Shown here: piece after piece, positions 8,956-18,895 of the stretch
How positions within the stretch are numbered: the stretch's first letter is position 1
Layout: each line of letters begins with the position of its first letter
Source of the DNA: an uncultured bacterium
Lineage (GTDB): Bacteria; Patescibacteriota; Doudnabacteria; UBA920
Length of the DNA stretch: 64,000 nucleotides
Assembly: GCA_963749445.1 (NCBI GenBank)
Contig: CAVVMJ010000010.1
Coordinates: 117,738 to 181,737 of the forward strand
Reading direction: 5' to 3'
Made by a program: the position numbers and the translations under genes
Notes under the pieces: model-generated
Databases searched by the model: none
What the model was told of the DNA's origin: nothing
Seen by the model: the letters and a program-made list of their open reading frames with translations, nothing else

Positions 8956-10494
8956 ATGCCCAAAGAACTAACGATTGTCCACATCGCTTCCGAATGTTCG
9001 CCTTTTGCCAAAATCGGCGGACTGGGCGACGTAGTTTCCGCGCTGCCCAAGGCTCTGTCCGGTCTCGGACATAAGGTGGCGGTCATTTTGCCGCTGTACG
9101 AGGGCGTCAAAAAACAAAATTTGGTTTTGCGGGATATTTTGGAAACCGAAGTCAGCCTGCTCGGCAAAAATTTTTACGCCGGGCTCAAACAATGCGAAAC
9201 CGGCGATGGCGTCTCAATTTTTTTTGTTGATAACGAACAATTTTTCGGCAAACGGAACAATATTTACGGCTACGAGGATGATGGCTTGCGGTTTTTATTT
9301 TTTAATTTGGCCAGCCTCACCCTCTTGGATATGGCGCTCGGCCAAAAAATTCCGCCATTTGAACAAGGCAATATTGACATTCTGCACTGCCACGACTGGC
9401 ACGCCGGACTCATTCCCCAGCTGCTGCATTGCAATCACAGATTTGATCATATCACAGAAGTTGCCACCACGTTTACCATCCACAACCTGGCCTTTCAAGG
9501 CACGAACGACTGGTGGGCGGTACCGAAAAATAAACGGGATATGGGGCACGGCGACCCCACGGCCAAAGGCGTTAATCCCAAATACTTAAACTTTACCCGC
9601 CGCGCGATTTTGCACGCGGACGTGATTAATACGGTCAGCGAGCGCTACGCCGCCGAAATTCTCACGCCCAAATTCGGCCATGGGCTGGACAAGTTGCTAA
9701 AAGCCAGGAAAGACCGCGTGTTTGGCATCATTAACGGCGTGGATTACGCGGTATTTAACCCCCAGTTTGACCAATACATTTACGAAAAATTCGGCGCCGA
9801 TACCATTGAAAAAAAATTGGACAACAAGCTCAGGTTCCAAAAAGAAATCGGCTTGGAGGAAAATAAAACCATCCCGCTCATCGGCATGGTCAACCGGCTC
9901 ACCGAACAAAAAGGCTTTGAGCTGATGATGCAGCTTATGCCCAATTTGCTCCGCCTGCCTCTGCAGTTGGCCGTGGTCGGCAGCGGCGACCGGGGGTACT
10001 TAAAATTTTTCCGCGCGGCTTCCCGCCGGCACCCGGAAAAAATCGCGGTCTGCTCGCCTTTTACCGAGGAAATGGCCGCCAAAGTTTACGCGGCGTCCGA
10101 TATGTATTTAATGCCGTCGCGCTTTGAACCCTGCGGCATTTCACAATTGATATCTTTGCGCTACGGCAGTGTGCCCATTGTCCACGAAACCGGCGGCCTG
10201 CACGACACCATTTCCGATTTTGACTCGCGCTCCGGCCGCGGCAACGGCTTTGTGTTTTCTTCCTACACCGAAGAAGATTTTTTGATTGCCGTAGTCCGGG
10301 CTTTGGAAAATTACCACTACAAAGACGCCTGGCGCGCTTTGGCCAGTTCGGGCATGAAGGAATCTTTTTCCTGGGACCTGCCGGCCCAAAAATATTTGCA
10401 GTTGTACCAGCTGGCGATAAAGAAAAAGAAGACTGATGAAAAACCAAAAAATATCATCAAAAAAGTTTTTGATTTGGTCGCGGAACGGGTATGA
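8956..10494 (+). CDS. glgA: Glycogen synthase (GT5)
   Basis: ECSPFAKIGGLGDV, HCHDWH, TIHNLAFQG, RLTEQKG, MPSRFEPCG; ATG 8956 preferred as start. Confidence 0.95.
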   Translation: MPKELTIVHIASECSPFAKIGGLGDVVSALPKALSGLGHKVAVILPLYEGVKKQNLVLRDILETEVSLLGKNFYAGLKQCETGDGVSIFFVDNEQFFGKRNNIYGYEDDGLRFLFFNLASLTLLDMALGQKIPPFEQGNIDILHCHDWHAGLIPQLLHCNHRFDHITEVATTFTIHNLAFQGTNDWWAVPKNKRDMGHGDPTAKGVNPKYLNFTRRAILHADVINTVSERYAAEILTPKFGHGLDKLLKARKDRVFGIINGVDYAVFNPQFDQYIYEKFGADTIEKKLDNKLRFQKEIGLEENKTIPLIGMVNRLTEQKGFELMMQLMPNLLRLPLQLAVVGSGDRGYLKFFRAASRRHPEKIAVCSPFTEEMAAKVYAASDMYLMPSRFEPCGISQLISLRYGSVPIVHETGGLHDTISDFDSRSGRGNGFVFSSYTEEDFLIAVVRALENYHYKDAWRALASSGMKESFSWDLPAQKYLQLYQLAIKKKKTDEKPKNIIKKVFDLVAERV

Positions 10495-10536
10495 TAATTT
10501 AAAAATTAAATAAAATTAACAAATTAAATAAAATTT

Positions 10537-10905
10537 ATGACCCCGGAGGAACTACAAAAGCGAACAAAACAGTTTGCAATTAGAATTATCAAACTTGTTC
10601 AGCAATTGGAGAAACAAGGTGCAGTCGGAATAGTCATCGGAAAACAATTGCTCCGTTCTGGAACATCAACTGCGGCTAATTATCGTGCGGTCTGCCGAGC
10701 GAAATCAGGGAAGGATTTCATCAATAAACTAGGAATTGTGGCTGAAGAAGCTGATGAAAGCCAATTTTGGCTGGAATTGTTAGTTGAAGCTGATGTAATT
10801 GAATTACTGATGGTAAAAGACCTCCTAAAAGAGGCTTCTGAAATTACTGCCATAATGACCGCTTCCAGATCTTCAGCAATAAAAAATCAAAAATCCAAAA
10901 AATAA
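10537..10905 (+). CDS. Four-helix-bundle protein (23S rRNA IVP / Avd-like superfamily)
   Basis: LQKRTKQFA...QLLRSGTSTAANY.A..RAKS.KDFINKL.IV.EEADES.FWLELL. Confidence 0.9.
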   Translation: MTPEELQKRTKQFAIRIIKLVQQLEKQGAVGIVIGKQLLRSGTSTAANYRAVCRAKSGKDFINKLGIVAEEADESQFWLELLVEADVIELLMVKDLLKEASEITAIMTASRSSAIKNQKSKK

Positions 10906-10948
10906 TTTTACTTAATTTTATTTAATTTGTAAATTTGTTAATTCTTTT

Positions 10949-12364
10949 ATGTTCTGGGCCAACTTTCTCCACATCTACCAGCCGCCGACGCAAAAACCCT
11001 ACTGGGTCAAACGCGTGGCCGAAGAGTCCTACCGGAAAATTTTTGCCGGGCTTTTGGCCACGCCCAGCGCCAAAGTCACTATGAACATCAACGGCGTGCT
11101 TTTGGAGCTGCTGGATAAAAACGGCTGCGGAGACATTTTGGAAAGCATCAAAAAACTTTTGGACAAAAACCAGCTGGAACTGGTAGGCTCGGCCAAATAC
11201 CACGCCATGCTGCCGTTTTTGCCTGAACGCGAAATTGTCAGGCAAATCCAACTGAACGAACAAACTTTAAAAAACTATTTGGGATCATCGCTGTCATTAA
11301 AAGGGTTTTTCCCTCCGGAAATGGCTTTTGACCCCAAGCTGGTGCCGATTATTTCCTCCTTGGGCTACAAATGGATTATTTGCGATGAGCTGTCTTTCCC
11401 TGCGCCCGGACAAAAACCCCAGTACGACCGCATTTATACCGATGCGCAAAACCCTTCCGTGGCTTTATTTTTCCGCGAGCGGCACATGAGCTGGGTCATC
11501 CTTTCCGGCCAGGTCGGCACCGGCCAGCTTTTGGTTTCCAGCCTGGGCGATCGGCTTAAAAAAAACGAATTCCTGCTTACGGCCATGGACGGCGAAACTT
11601 TTGGCCACCACCGGCCGGGATTGGAACAGCTGTTGTTTGAAATTTTTAATGCCGATAAACTAAAAACGGTCCGGATGTCGGAACTGTTTGACTTATTTCC
11701 CACGCGCGAAGCCCTCACTCCGCGTCCCTCCACCTGGGCGTTAATGGAAAAAGATCTGGAAGAAAAAAAACCGTTCTCGCGCTGGCAGGATCCGGACAAT
11801 ATCATCCATCAATTGCAATGGCAGCTGACCGATTTGGCGATAAACACCGTGGAGCAGGCGGACGAGCGTGCGCCCGGATTTCCCGAGGCACGCCAAACTT
11901 TGGACAGGGCGCTGCATTCCGACCAGTATTGGTGGGCCTCGGCGCGGCCGTGGTGGAGTTTGGAAATGATCGAACTCGGCGCCAAGGAACTTTATGACGC
12001 GGTGCTGCTTACGCCGGGAATTTCCGACGAAACGCGCGAGCTGGCCAGGCATTTGTACCACACCATTGTGTTCACGGGTTTTGACTGGCAGCGCTCCGGA
12101 CTGGTGGACGAGCTCTCCCGCCGGGAAGACGAAGCCGTAAGGCAGCGCACGGACATCGGCATCCCCAAACTGCCCCGGGCCGAAGTGGAAAAAATGGTTA
12201 CCGGCCTGCAAAAAGAAATGGCGGCCGTGGCGGCCGCGCAGGAATACGAGCGCGCGGCGCAAATCCGCGACCGTATTAAGGAACTGCGCGGTTATGTTTC
12301 GGATGACGGCTCTGCATTAAAAACTTCCGATGAGGGCAATCGGGAGTTCAAGTTGAATCCTTAA
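10949..12364 (+). CDS. Glycoside hydrolase family 57 protein with a C-terminal UVR (UvrB/C coiled-coil) motif
   Basis: FLHIYQP, KYHAMLP, GFFPPEMAF, AMDGETFGHH, HSDQYWW; C-terminal EM..A.AAQEYERAAQIRDRIKEL. Confidence 0.88.
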   Translation: MFWANFLHIYQPPTQKPYWVKRVAEESYRKIFAGLLATPSAKVTMNINGVLLELLDKNGCGDILESIKKLLDKNQLELVGSAKYHAMLPFLPEREIVRQIQLNEQTLKNYLGSSLSLKGFFPPEMAFDPKLVPIISSLGYKWIICDELSFPAPGQKPQYDRIYTDAQNPSVALFFRERHMSWVILSGQVGTGQLLVSSLGDRLKKNEFLLTAMDGETFGHHRPGLEQLLFEIFNADKLKTVRMSELFDLFPTREALTPRPSTWALMEKDLEEKKPFSRWQDPDNIIHQLQWQLTDLAINTVEQADERAPGFPEARQTLDRALHSDQYWWASARPWWSLEMIELGAKELYDAVLLTPGISDETRELARHLYHTIVFTGFDWQRSGLVDELSRREDEAVRQRTDIGIPKLPRAEVEKMVTGLQKEMAAVAAAQEYERAAQIRDRIKELRGYVSDDGSALKTSDEGNREFKLNP

Positions 12365-12408
12365 AAAACAATTAACGATTAACAATTGACAATTAACATA
12401 AAACAAAA

Positions 12409-12801
12409 ATGAATACAAAAGACAAATATGGTTTCAGGTTTAGAGACTGACAAGTATACAAAGACGCAAGATCGTTCAGAAAAGAAATCAACTTACTTAT
12501 CAAAAAATTTCCAGCTGACGAAAGATATGCTTTAACCGACCAAACTAAACGGGCGTTAACTTCCATTATTTTAAATGTCGCGGAAAGCACAAACAAAAAC
12601 TCGGATAAAGATATGAGGGTTTACATTAACAGGAGCCACTGTTCACTTGACGAAGTCGTCGCCTGTCTTGATTGCGCTTATGATAATGGTTACATCAATG
12701 AGCCGGAACTGAATATTTCTTTAGCCAAAGCGTCCGGCTTAGCCAAACAACTCACAACCTTTACTGTATACCTGTCAAAGGACAAAAAAGTTAATCGTTA
12801 A
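12409..12801 (+). pseudogene. Four-helix-bundle protein with an in-frame TGA at codon 14
   Basis: MNTKDKYGFRFRD*QVYKDAR...FPADERYALTDQTKRALTSIILNVAES...SLDEVVACLDCA..GYI; stop at 12448-12450, possibly a mutated TGG. Confidence 0.85.
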
Positions 12802-12821
12802 TCGTTAATCGTCAATTGTTT

Positions 12822-14273
12822 ATGAATGTGCTATTCGCCGCGGCCGAATGCGCGCCGCTGGCCAAAGTCGGAGGCTTGGGAGACGTCATTGGCTCTTTGC
12901 CCAAAGCCTTAAAACAAATTGGCGTTGACGCGCGGGTGATTTTGCCGAGGTATAAAAATATCCGGCTGCCTACGGAAAGTAAATACCAACCGATAAAAAT
13001 TCTGGTAACTTTTAACGACCAACCGATGTCAGTTACGGTCTACCAAACCACCTTGCTCGAAAGCAGCATTATTTTGTATCTGTTGGAAGAGCCGGCGATA
13101 TTCGGCAGCGGCACGGTTTACGAAACAACCGATGCCACGCCGGGTAGCGAAGAGGAAATAAAAAAATTCCTGTTTTTTTCCCAGTGCGTCGCGGAATTCC
13201 TAAAACAAAAAATCTGGCAGCCCGATGTCCTGCACGCGCACGATTGGCACCTTGCCCTCACTCCCCTTTTAATCAAATTGGCAAAACTCCCAATCCCGAC
13301 CTTGCTGACCATCCACAATCTGGCCATGCAGGGTTTGGCCTCGGCTGAAAGTCTGGAGGCTTTGGGCGGAAATTTAATCGGCCAGCCGTCCTTGCGCCAA
13401 GATTTGGCCAAATCCGGCAAAATTAACCTGCTGCGGCAAGGTATTTTGCACGCCGACGCGGTCAGCACGGTCAGCCCCACTTATGCCAAGGAAATTACCG
13501 CCGCGGAATTTGGCGAAGGTTTAGAAGCTGATTTAAACAAACTGGATAATATTTACGGCAATCTAAACGGCCTTGACGAGTCGGTTTGGAATCCGGCAAC
13601 TGACCGGCTTTTAGCCAAACCTTATGATAAATCTGCGCCGGAACTCAAACTGCAAAACAAATCAGCTCTGCAAAAATTACTTGGACTAAAATCCGCCGAT
13701 GATGTCCCGCTCATTGGGATCGTCTCCCGCCTGACCGGCCAAAAAGGTTTTGATTTGCTTGAACCCATAAGCAAAGCGCTGACAACTTTGGATTTCCAGA
13801 TGATAATTTTGGGCGTGGGCGAGCCCGCAATAGAAAACTTTTTTGCCGATCTTTGCCGCAAACATCCCCAACGGTTCACCTTGCAAAAAAAATTTGACGA
13901 GCGCCTGGCCCACCAAATTTACGCGGGCGCCGATATTTTCCTGATGCCCTCGCGTTTTGAACCCTGCGGCCTTGGCCAAATGATCGCCATGCGCTACGGC
14001 AGCCTGCCGCTGGTTCGCTCAACCGGCGGGCTAAAAGATACCGTAATTAATTTAGCGGATAATTTAAGCAACGCGGATTTCGCCACGGGGTTTGTGTTTG
14101 ACGATTATGATCCTTTGGCGCTTTTGGCGGAATTAAAACGCGCTCTTAATCTTTATCACCAGGACCAAAAAATCTGGGACCGGATGAGCCAAAACGCCAT
14201 GGCCAAAGATTTATCGTGGGCTAATTCAGCAAAAAAATACTCTGAACTCTATCAAAAAATTATTAATTCATAA
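12822..14273 (+). CDS. glgA: Glycogen synthase (GT5), second paralogue
   Basis: ECAPLAKVGGLGDV, HAHDWH, TIHNLAMQG, MPSRFEPCGL. Confidence 0.95.
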   Translation: MNVLFAAAECAPLAKVGGLGDVIGSLPKALKQIGVDARVILPRYKNIRLPTESKYQPIKILVTFNDQPMSVTVYQTTLLESSIILYLLEEPAIFGSGTVYETTDATPGSEEEIKKFLFFSQCVAEFLKQKIWQPDVLHAHDWHLALTPLLIKLAKLPIPTLLTIHNLAMQGLASAESLEALGGNLIGQPSLRQDLAKSGKINLLRQGILHADAVSTVSPTYAKEITAAEFGEGLEADLNKLDNIYGNLNGLDESVWNPATDRLLAKPYDKSAPELKLQNKSALQKLLGLKSADDVPLIGIVSRLTGQKGFDLLEPISKALTTLDFQMIILGVGEPAIENFFADLCRKHPQRFTLQKKFDERLAHQIYAGADIFLMPSRFEPCGLGQMIAMRYGSLPLVRSTGGLKDTVINLADNLSNADFATGFVFDDYDPLALLAELKRALNLYHQDQKIWDRMSQNAMAKDLSWANSAKKYSELYQKIINS

Positions 14274-14279
14274 CATGAG

Positions 14280-14378
14280 TTGATGGGCATCTTCGTGATT
14301 ATCCAATCCTCGACCATAATTAACCGCTACCCGATGGTAATCAATTAGTGCTTGTGGAACCACGAAGATGCCCATCAT
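14280..14378. repeat. 99-bp TTGATGGGCATCTTCG-family element
   Basis: Inverted ends TTGATGGGCATCTTCG / CGAAGATGCCCATCAT. Confidence 0.85.
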
Positions 14379-14387
14379 TCAATTCTT

Positions 14388-14651
14388 ATGGACAACCTTG
14401 AACAGGAACTTTTAAAAATTCACGACAGAAACCGGCGCGTGGAGCTGGACAAAGCCTGGGAACGCAGCTGGACACGGCGGATAACAATCGCGATTATTAC
14501 CTACATAATCGCTTTGGTTTGGCTAATGCTGATAAAAGAGCCCTTCGCCGCCTGGAAAGCTTTTGTCCCGACCGTGGGATACATTCTATCCACCCTGTAT
14601 TTGCCGTTTGCCAAAACCGCCTGGCTTAAGCATCGCCCAAACCCAAAATAA
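14388..14651 (+). CDS. Small hypothetical membrane protein
   Basis: MDNLEQELLKIHDRNRRVELDKAWERSWTRR followed by 2 TM segments; ATG 14388 lies outside the repeat. Confidence 0.7.
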   Translation: MDNLEQELLKIHDRNRRVELDKAWERSWTRRITIAIITYIIALVWLMLIKEPFAAWKAFVPTVGYILSTLYLPFAKTAWLKHRPNPK

Positions 14652-14662
14652 TACCAATCCCC

Positions 14663-14762
14663 GCCACACCTTTTTTGCTCGCAAAGCAAAAAAGGTGTGG
14701 CTGTATTTTGTGCCCAAAATACAGTGATTCACTTTTTGACGGCCGTCAAAAAGTGAATCACT
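14663..14762. terminator. Three tandem hairpins between convergent genes, including a 40-bp perfect palindrome
   Basis: GCCACACCTTTTTTGC..GCAAAAAAGGTGTGGC; CTGTATTTTG..CAAAATACAG; AGTGATTCACTTTTTGACGG|CCGTCAAAAAGTGAATCACT. Confidence 0.65.
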
Positions 14763-16497
14763 ACTTCCTCGTCGGCGGAATATGCAAATAGTTCAAAATA
14801 AACTGCGCCATCTGGCCAAAGACCGGGCCGGCCGTGCTTTCGGCAAACTGCACGTCGCGCGGGTGATCAATGCGTATAATCATCACGAACCGCGGGTCTT
14901 CCACCGGCCCGTAGCCAATGAACGAACCGATGTTGTTGGTCGGGTCATACCCGGGTTTGCCGTCGGAGCGGGCCACCTGCGCCGTGCCGGTTTTGCCCGC
15001 GATAAAATAACCCGGAACCGCGGCCCGTTTGCCAAAACCGTTTTCCACCACGTCCACCAGCATGGCCGAAACGGTGTCGGCAGTTTTTTTGGTCACCGGC
15101 TGACCGACCACGGTCGGCTGGGTGTTAACGGTTCTGCCGTCCGGATAGACTTTGGCCTGCACAATATAAGGCTTCATCATTTTGCCGCTGTTGGCCAGCG
15201 CGCCGTAAGCCTCAAGCAATTGGAGCGGCGTAACCGAAATGCCCTGGCCGAAACTGGCCGTATCATAGTTGACGGCGATATTGCCTTTGGTAATCCCGCT
15301 CAAATCCCCCGAAACCTCGGGCAATTCCACTCCGGTTTTTTGGCCAAACCCGAACGCCTTAACGTATTTTAAAAAGTCCGGATTGCCCAGCTGGCTTTCG
15401 GCAAAAATCGCGCCGGTGTTTAGGGAAAAATCCAAAGCCTGCGCCATAGTCTGCGTGCCGCGCCCGCCCGGTTCGGCATTTTTGATGATATAGTTATCAA
15501 CCTCCACTTTGCCGGTATCGGTATAAGTCGTATCGGGGGTGATTTTGCCTTCATCAATGGCCGCGGCCATGGTGATGGCTTTAAAAGTGGATCCGGGCTC
15601 ATAGTTGCCCACGGTATTTTCATTGCTGAAGACTTTGGAATCGGTCACTTTGCCGTAATTGTTGGGGTCAAAATCCGGAAAACCGGCCATGGCTAAAACA
15701 GCCCCGGTTTTGGGATCCATCACAATAATGCTGCCGCTGTCCGCGCCGTGCTTGGTAACCGCGTCAGCCAAAATATTTTGGGCCTGGAACTGGATGTCCT
15801 TGTTCACGGTCAGCACCAAATTCACGCCGTCCACGGCCGGCTGTTCCTGGCGCATACTGCCGAAAATCCAGGCGCCCCCGGTGTCTTTCTCCTCGTAAAG
15901 CTGTCCGTTTGCGCCGGCCAGATCTTTGTCAAAATAACGCTCCAGGCCGTACAGCCCGACTTTCTGGTTTTGGTTGTTGTAGCCGACGAATCCCACCACG
16001 TGGCTTAATAAACTGTTTTGGGGATAATAGCGCGAATCCTCGGAATCCAAATAAATACCCGGCAGTTTCAACTGTTCGACGGCTTGCTGTTCCTGGTCGC
16101 TGAGCTGCTTTTTGAGCGGCGCGTATTTGCGGCTCTCGTCGGTAATTTTTGCCAAAATATCGGCGGCCGGCAAATTTAAGGCACCGGCCAAGACCTCGCT
16201 CGCGGCTTTGGGATTTAAAATATCCTGCGGCACGGCGTAAACCAAATACTGCTTAATGTTGGTGGCCACCGGAATGGTTTCCAAGGTCGCCTGGTCCGTC
16301 AAGTCAATTTCCCCGCGCGAGGCGAACAATTTTAAAAACACGCTGTGCTGCTGCTCGGCTTGCCCGCGCATATCGCCGCCGCGCAGCACCTGCAGCCAAA
16401 ACAGCCGGGCGGCAATGACCACCAGCCCCAATAATAAAACAACCGTCAATACGGCGGTTCGTTTTTGAAATATGTCTTTGTGGGAAGCTGAGACCAT
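14761..16497 (-). CDS. ftsI: Class B penicillin-binding protein (FtsI/PBP3-like)
   Basis: N-terminal TM, RGEI, GLYGLE, EPGSTFK (SxxK), SLN (SxN), KTGTAQ; dcw context. Confidence 0.92.
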   Translation of the reverse strand: MVSASHKDIFQKRTAVLTVVLLLGLVVIAARLFWLQVLRGGDMRGQAEQQHSVFLKLFASRGEIDLTDQATLETIPVATNIKQYLVYAVPQDILNPKAASEVLAGALNLPAADILAKITDESRKYAPLKKQLSDQEQQAVEQLKLPGIYLDSEDSRYYPQNSLLSHVVGFVGYNNQNQKVGLYGLERYFDKDLAGANGQLYEEKDTGGAWIFGSMRQEQPAVDGVNLVLTVNKDIQFQAQNILADAVTKHGADSGSIIVMDPKTGAVLAMAGFPDFDPNNYGKVTDSKVFSNENTVGNYEPGSTFKAITMAAAIDEGKITPDTTYTDTGKVEVDNYIIKNAEPGGRGTQTMAQALDFSLNTGAIFAESQLGNPDFLKYVKAFGFGQKTGVELPEVSGDLSGITKGNIAVNYDTASFGQGISVTPLQLLEAYGALANSGKMMKPYIVQAKVYPDGRTVNTQPTVVGQPVTKKTADTVSAMLVDVVENGFGKRAAVPGYFIAGKTGTAQVARSDGKPGYDPTNNIGSFIGYGPVEDPRFVMIIRIDHPRDVQFAESTAGPVFGQMAQFILNYLHIPPTRK

Positions 16498-16499
16498 AG

Positions 16500-16612
16500 T
16501 TAATTGTTATAGGGTATGGCGGCCGGTAACGGTGGTAGGTTTTAAGGAATACGTCGCCTAAAACCCTATTACTTACGACCACACCGGACGCCACGCCTTA
16601 TAACCTATTACT
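16500..16612. repeat. Degenerate tandem-repeat hairpin (TATAGG/TAACC type)
   Basis: GTTATAGGGTATGGCGGCCGG ... CCACACCGGACGCCACGCCTTATAAC; sister copy at ~29275-29398. Confidence 0.6.
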
Positions 16613-16617
16613 GACAG

Positions 16618-16989
16618 CTATCGCATGCTCATCTGGCTTACCTGCAAAAATGTCGGCGTGCCGGCAGGCACAAAATTTGCGCCCAAAACCTGGCTTTGCA
16701 CCGCGATCATAGATGACACCTGTGCGGTTTTCACCGTCAATTTTTGGTTGGTTTCGGTTAAGGCAGAGAGTTGATTCTGCAACGTTTTAATCTGGTAACC
16801 GGTGGCCGCGTAACTATTGACGGAAACCAAATAGCTGGCCATGAGCAGCGTGCAGGCAATTGCCAAACACAGCGACGCCCAAAATTGCCAGACAGCCGGC
16901 TTGCGCGCGGTCTTATGCCGCGGCGCGGCCAAAGTCCGGCCCGGCTCGGAAAAACCGAAAAAATTGTCTAACGCCAAACTTTTAAGCAT
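16618..16989 (-). CDS. FtsL-like cell division protein
   Basis: One TM helix plus a short coiled coil (GYQIKTLQNQLSAL), located between rsmH and ftsI. Confidence 0.7.
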   Translation of the reverse strand: MLKSLALDNFFGFSEPGRTLAAPRHKTARKPAVWQFWASLCLAIACTLLMASYLVSVNSYAATGYQIKTLQNQLSALTETNQKLTVKTAQVSSMIAVQSQVLGANFVPAGTPTFLQVSQMSMR

Positions 16990-17003
16990 GTCGTTTTATT
17001 TTA

Positions 17004-17106
17004 CCCCCACACCAATTTAGTAATAAAATTTGAGCTAAGACGATTTTTTAGCTGTACTTGGGCGTTTTGGCGCGCGTCCAAAAATTGCTGATAATTGGTG
17101 TGGGGG
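17004..17106. mobile_element. 103-bp MITE-like element (CCCC(G/C)CACCA-like ends)
   Basis: Perfect 14-bp inverted ends CCCCCACACCAATT / AATTGGTGTGGGGG; related element at 54577-54681. Confidence 0.65.
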
Positions 17107-17212
17107 TGAATTTTTATTTTTTGTTTGGGGGACGATTTAACCTTGATTTTTATTTTTCCGGCGAAGCCGGACCCCGCTTCGCGGGGCATGACGATGATCA
17201 TTTGTTTGTGTT

Positions 17213-18158
17213 TTATAATTTTACAATTACCCTTAATTTCCCCGGCTTGCTTCTCGGGTTTTTGTTTATTTCTTCGGCTGATGCAGTAACCGGCTTTTTG
17301 GTTAAAATTTTCCCCCGCGGATTCTTGCCGCAAACGCAATGGGAAAATCCGGCGGACAAACGCATCCTTTACTCAATCCCGAAAAAAATTGTTTAACCAT
17401 CCTGTCTTCCAAAGAATGGAACGAGACCACGGCCAAGCCTGCCCGCCCGGAACCAACAAGTCAAACGCTTTTGGCAAAAATTCTTCCAAACTCTGCAATT
17501 CCTGGTTAACCTCTATCCGTAGCGCCTGAAAAATTCTCCGCGCGTGGTCGTCGGCCTTATGCTTAACCGGTTTCGGCAGCGCGTCTTCTATAATTTGATA
17601 AAAATCAGTTGTATATTTTATTTCTTTTCCCTTATCTCTATTCTCTATAACTTTTTTAGCAATTTGATGGCTGAATTTTTCCTCCCCATAATCTTTAAAT
17701 ATTTTAATCAACTCTTGTTGGTAAATAACTGTTAACAATAACTTCGCGTCCTTAAGCGTTCGGCTTTGGTCAAACCGCATATCCAGCTCTCTTTTTTTTG
17801 GAAGCACATCGCGGCCCGCTTTTCCAGTTCATGGGATGATAACCCCAGATCCGCCACTATCCCGCTGATATTGTAAACTGATGATGTTCAACAGTTCTGT
17901 CTATCTGCGCAAAATTCCCTTGTACAATTTCCACCCTTCTCCCTCTGGGAGAGGGTCAGGGTGAGGGATTTGAAATTCTCAATAGCATCTTGATCCAAAT
18001 CGATCGCTAAAAATTTCCCATCTGGCTTTATCTTTTCCAAAATTGCCGCCGTGTACCCGCCCCCGCCTAATGTCGCGTCAACAAAATTCTTGCCGGCTGA
18101 GGATCCAAAAACCCAATAACCTCATTAAGAAAACCGGAACATGGTTATAATTTATCAT
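17213..18158 (-). CDS. rsmH: 16S rRNA m4C1402 methyltransferase, broken by several frameshifts
   Basis: HVPV at the start, [40 protein letters not shown] in different frames; sits between mraZ and ftsL. Confidence 0.88.
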
Positions 18159-18256
18159 CAAAAATATCCAAATTTCGGAATTTTCCGGATATTTTTTGCG
18201 GCTTGCGATAACCATCGACGCAAAAAAATTCCGGCGATGGACACGACTGTGAAAAA

Positions 18257-18688
18257 TTAAACTCCCAAAGATCCCAACTGTTCCGCAATCTGGTTTGCTT
18301 GCCGCTTCGGTTTGCGTCTTATAAGCCTTCCACAATTCTTCGCTCCAAATCTCAATGCGGTTATATAGCCCCGCGACAATTGCCTTTTTTTGTATCTTGG
18401 CAAATTCTTTTAAGTATCCGGTAAAACAATGCGGCCCTGCTTGTCCACTTCGCAATCCATGGCTCCGGCCAGCATCAGCCGGGAAAAAGCGCGCGTGTTG
18501 GCAGTAGAAATTGGGAGACTAGCCAATTTTTTCGCGAGCTTTTTCCATTCATCCATATTGTACAAGAACAAAGAATTATCAAGACCCCGCGTAACCACCA
18601 CTTTAGTTTTAAGCTGGGCGCGGAATTTTGCCGGAATGGCGATTCTGCCTTTGTCGTCTATGCTGGCTTGGTATTCTCCGATGAACAT
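18257..18688 (-). CDS. mraZ: Transcriptional regulator MraZ (frameshifted near 18420 and 18300)
   Basis: MFIGEYQASIDDKGRIAIPAKFR, DKQGRIVLP, G..NRIEIWS split over two ORFs. Confidence 0.92.
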
Positions 18689-18710
18689 ATTTACTAGTTT
18701 ATTTCTTGCG

Positions 18711-18819
18711 AAGCCGCTGAACGGTCGCTGATGGGTACGCTGATATGTCGCTGAGCGGATATTGAAGCTTCAGCGACTTTTCAGCGGCTGCAGTCAATTC
18801 AGCGTCCGATCAGCGGTTT
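18711..18819. repeat. Tandem-repeat hairpin (CGCTGA / TCAGCG unit)
   Basis: Four CGCTGA followed by four TCAGCG. Confidence 0.75.
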
Positions 18820-18895
18820 AAAACGAGATGAAAGCTTCGGGCCCTATTTTGGAGCCCGAAGCTCCTTTTGATCTCGATAACAGCGGGACGAGTTA

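Noticed and set aside
12448-12450. In-frame TGA as evidence for recoding (code 4 or 25)
   Set aside because: TGA ends other genes here (glgA 10494, gap, dinB) and the long ORFs have no internal TGA.
10537-12801. Avd-like proteins as part of a diversity-generating retroelement
   Set aside because: I found no reverse transcriptase and no template/variable repeat pair differing at adenines in the window.
17213-18688. Multiple frameshifts in rsmH and mraZ as real pseudogenisation or programmed frameshifting
   Set aside because: The indels cluster in one ~1.3-kb stretch of conserved genes whose motifs are otherwise largely intact. Low-coverage or long-read error is more parsimonious; raw reads are needed.
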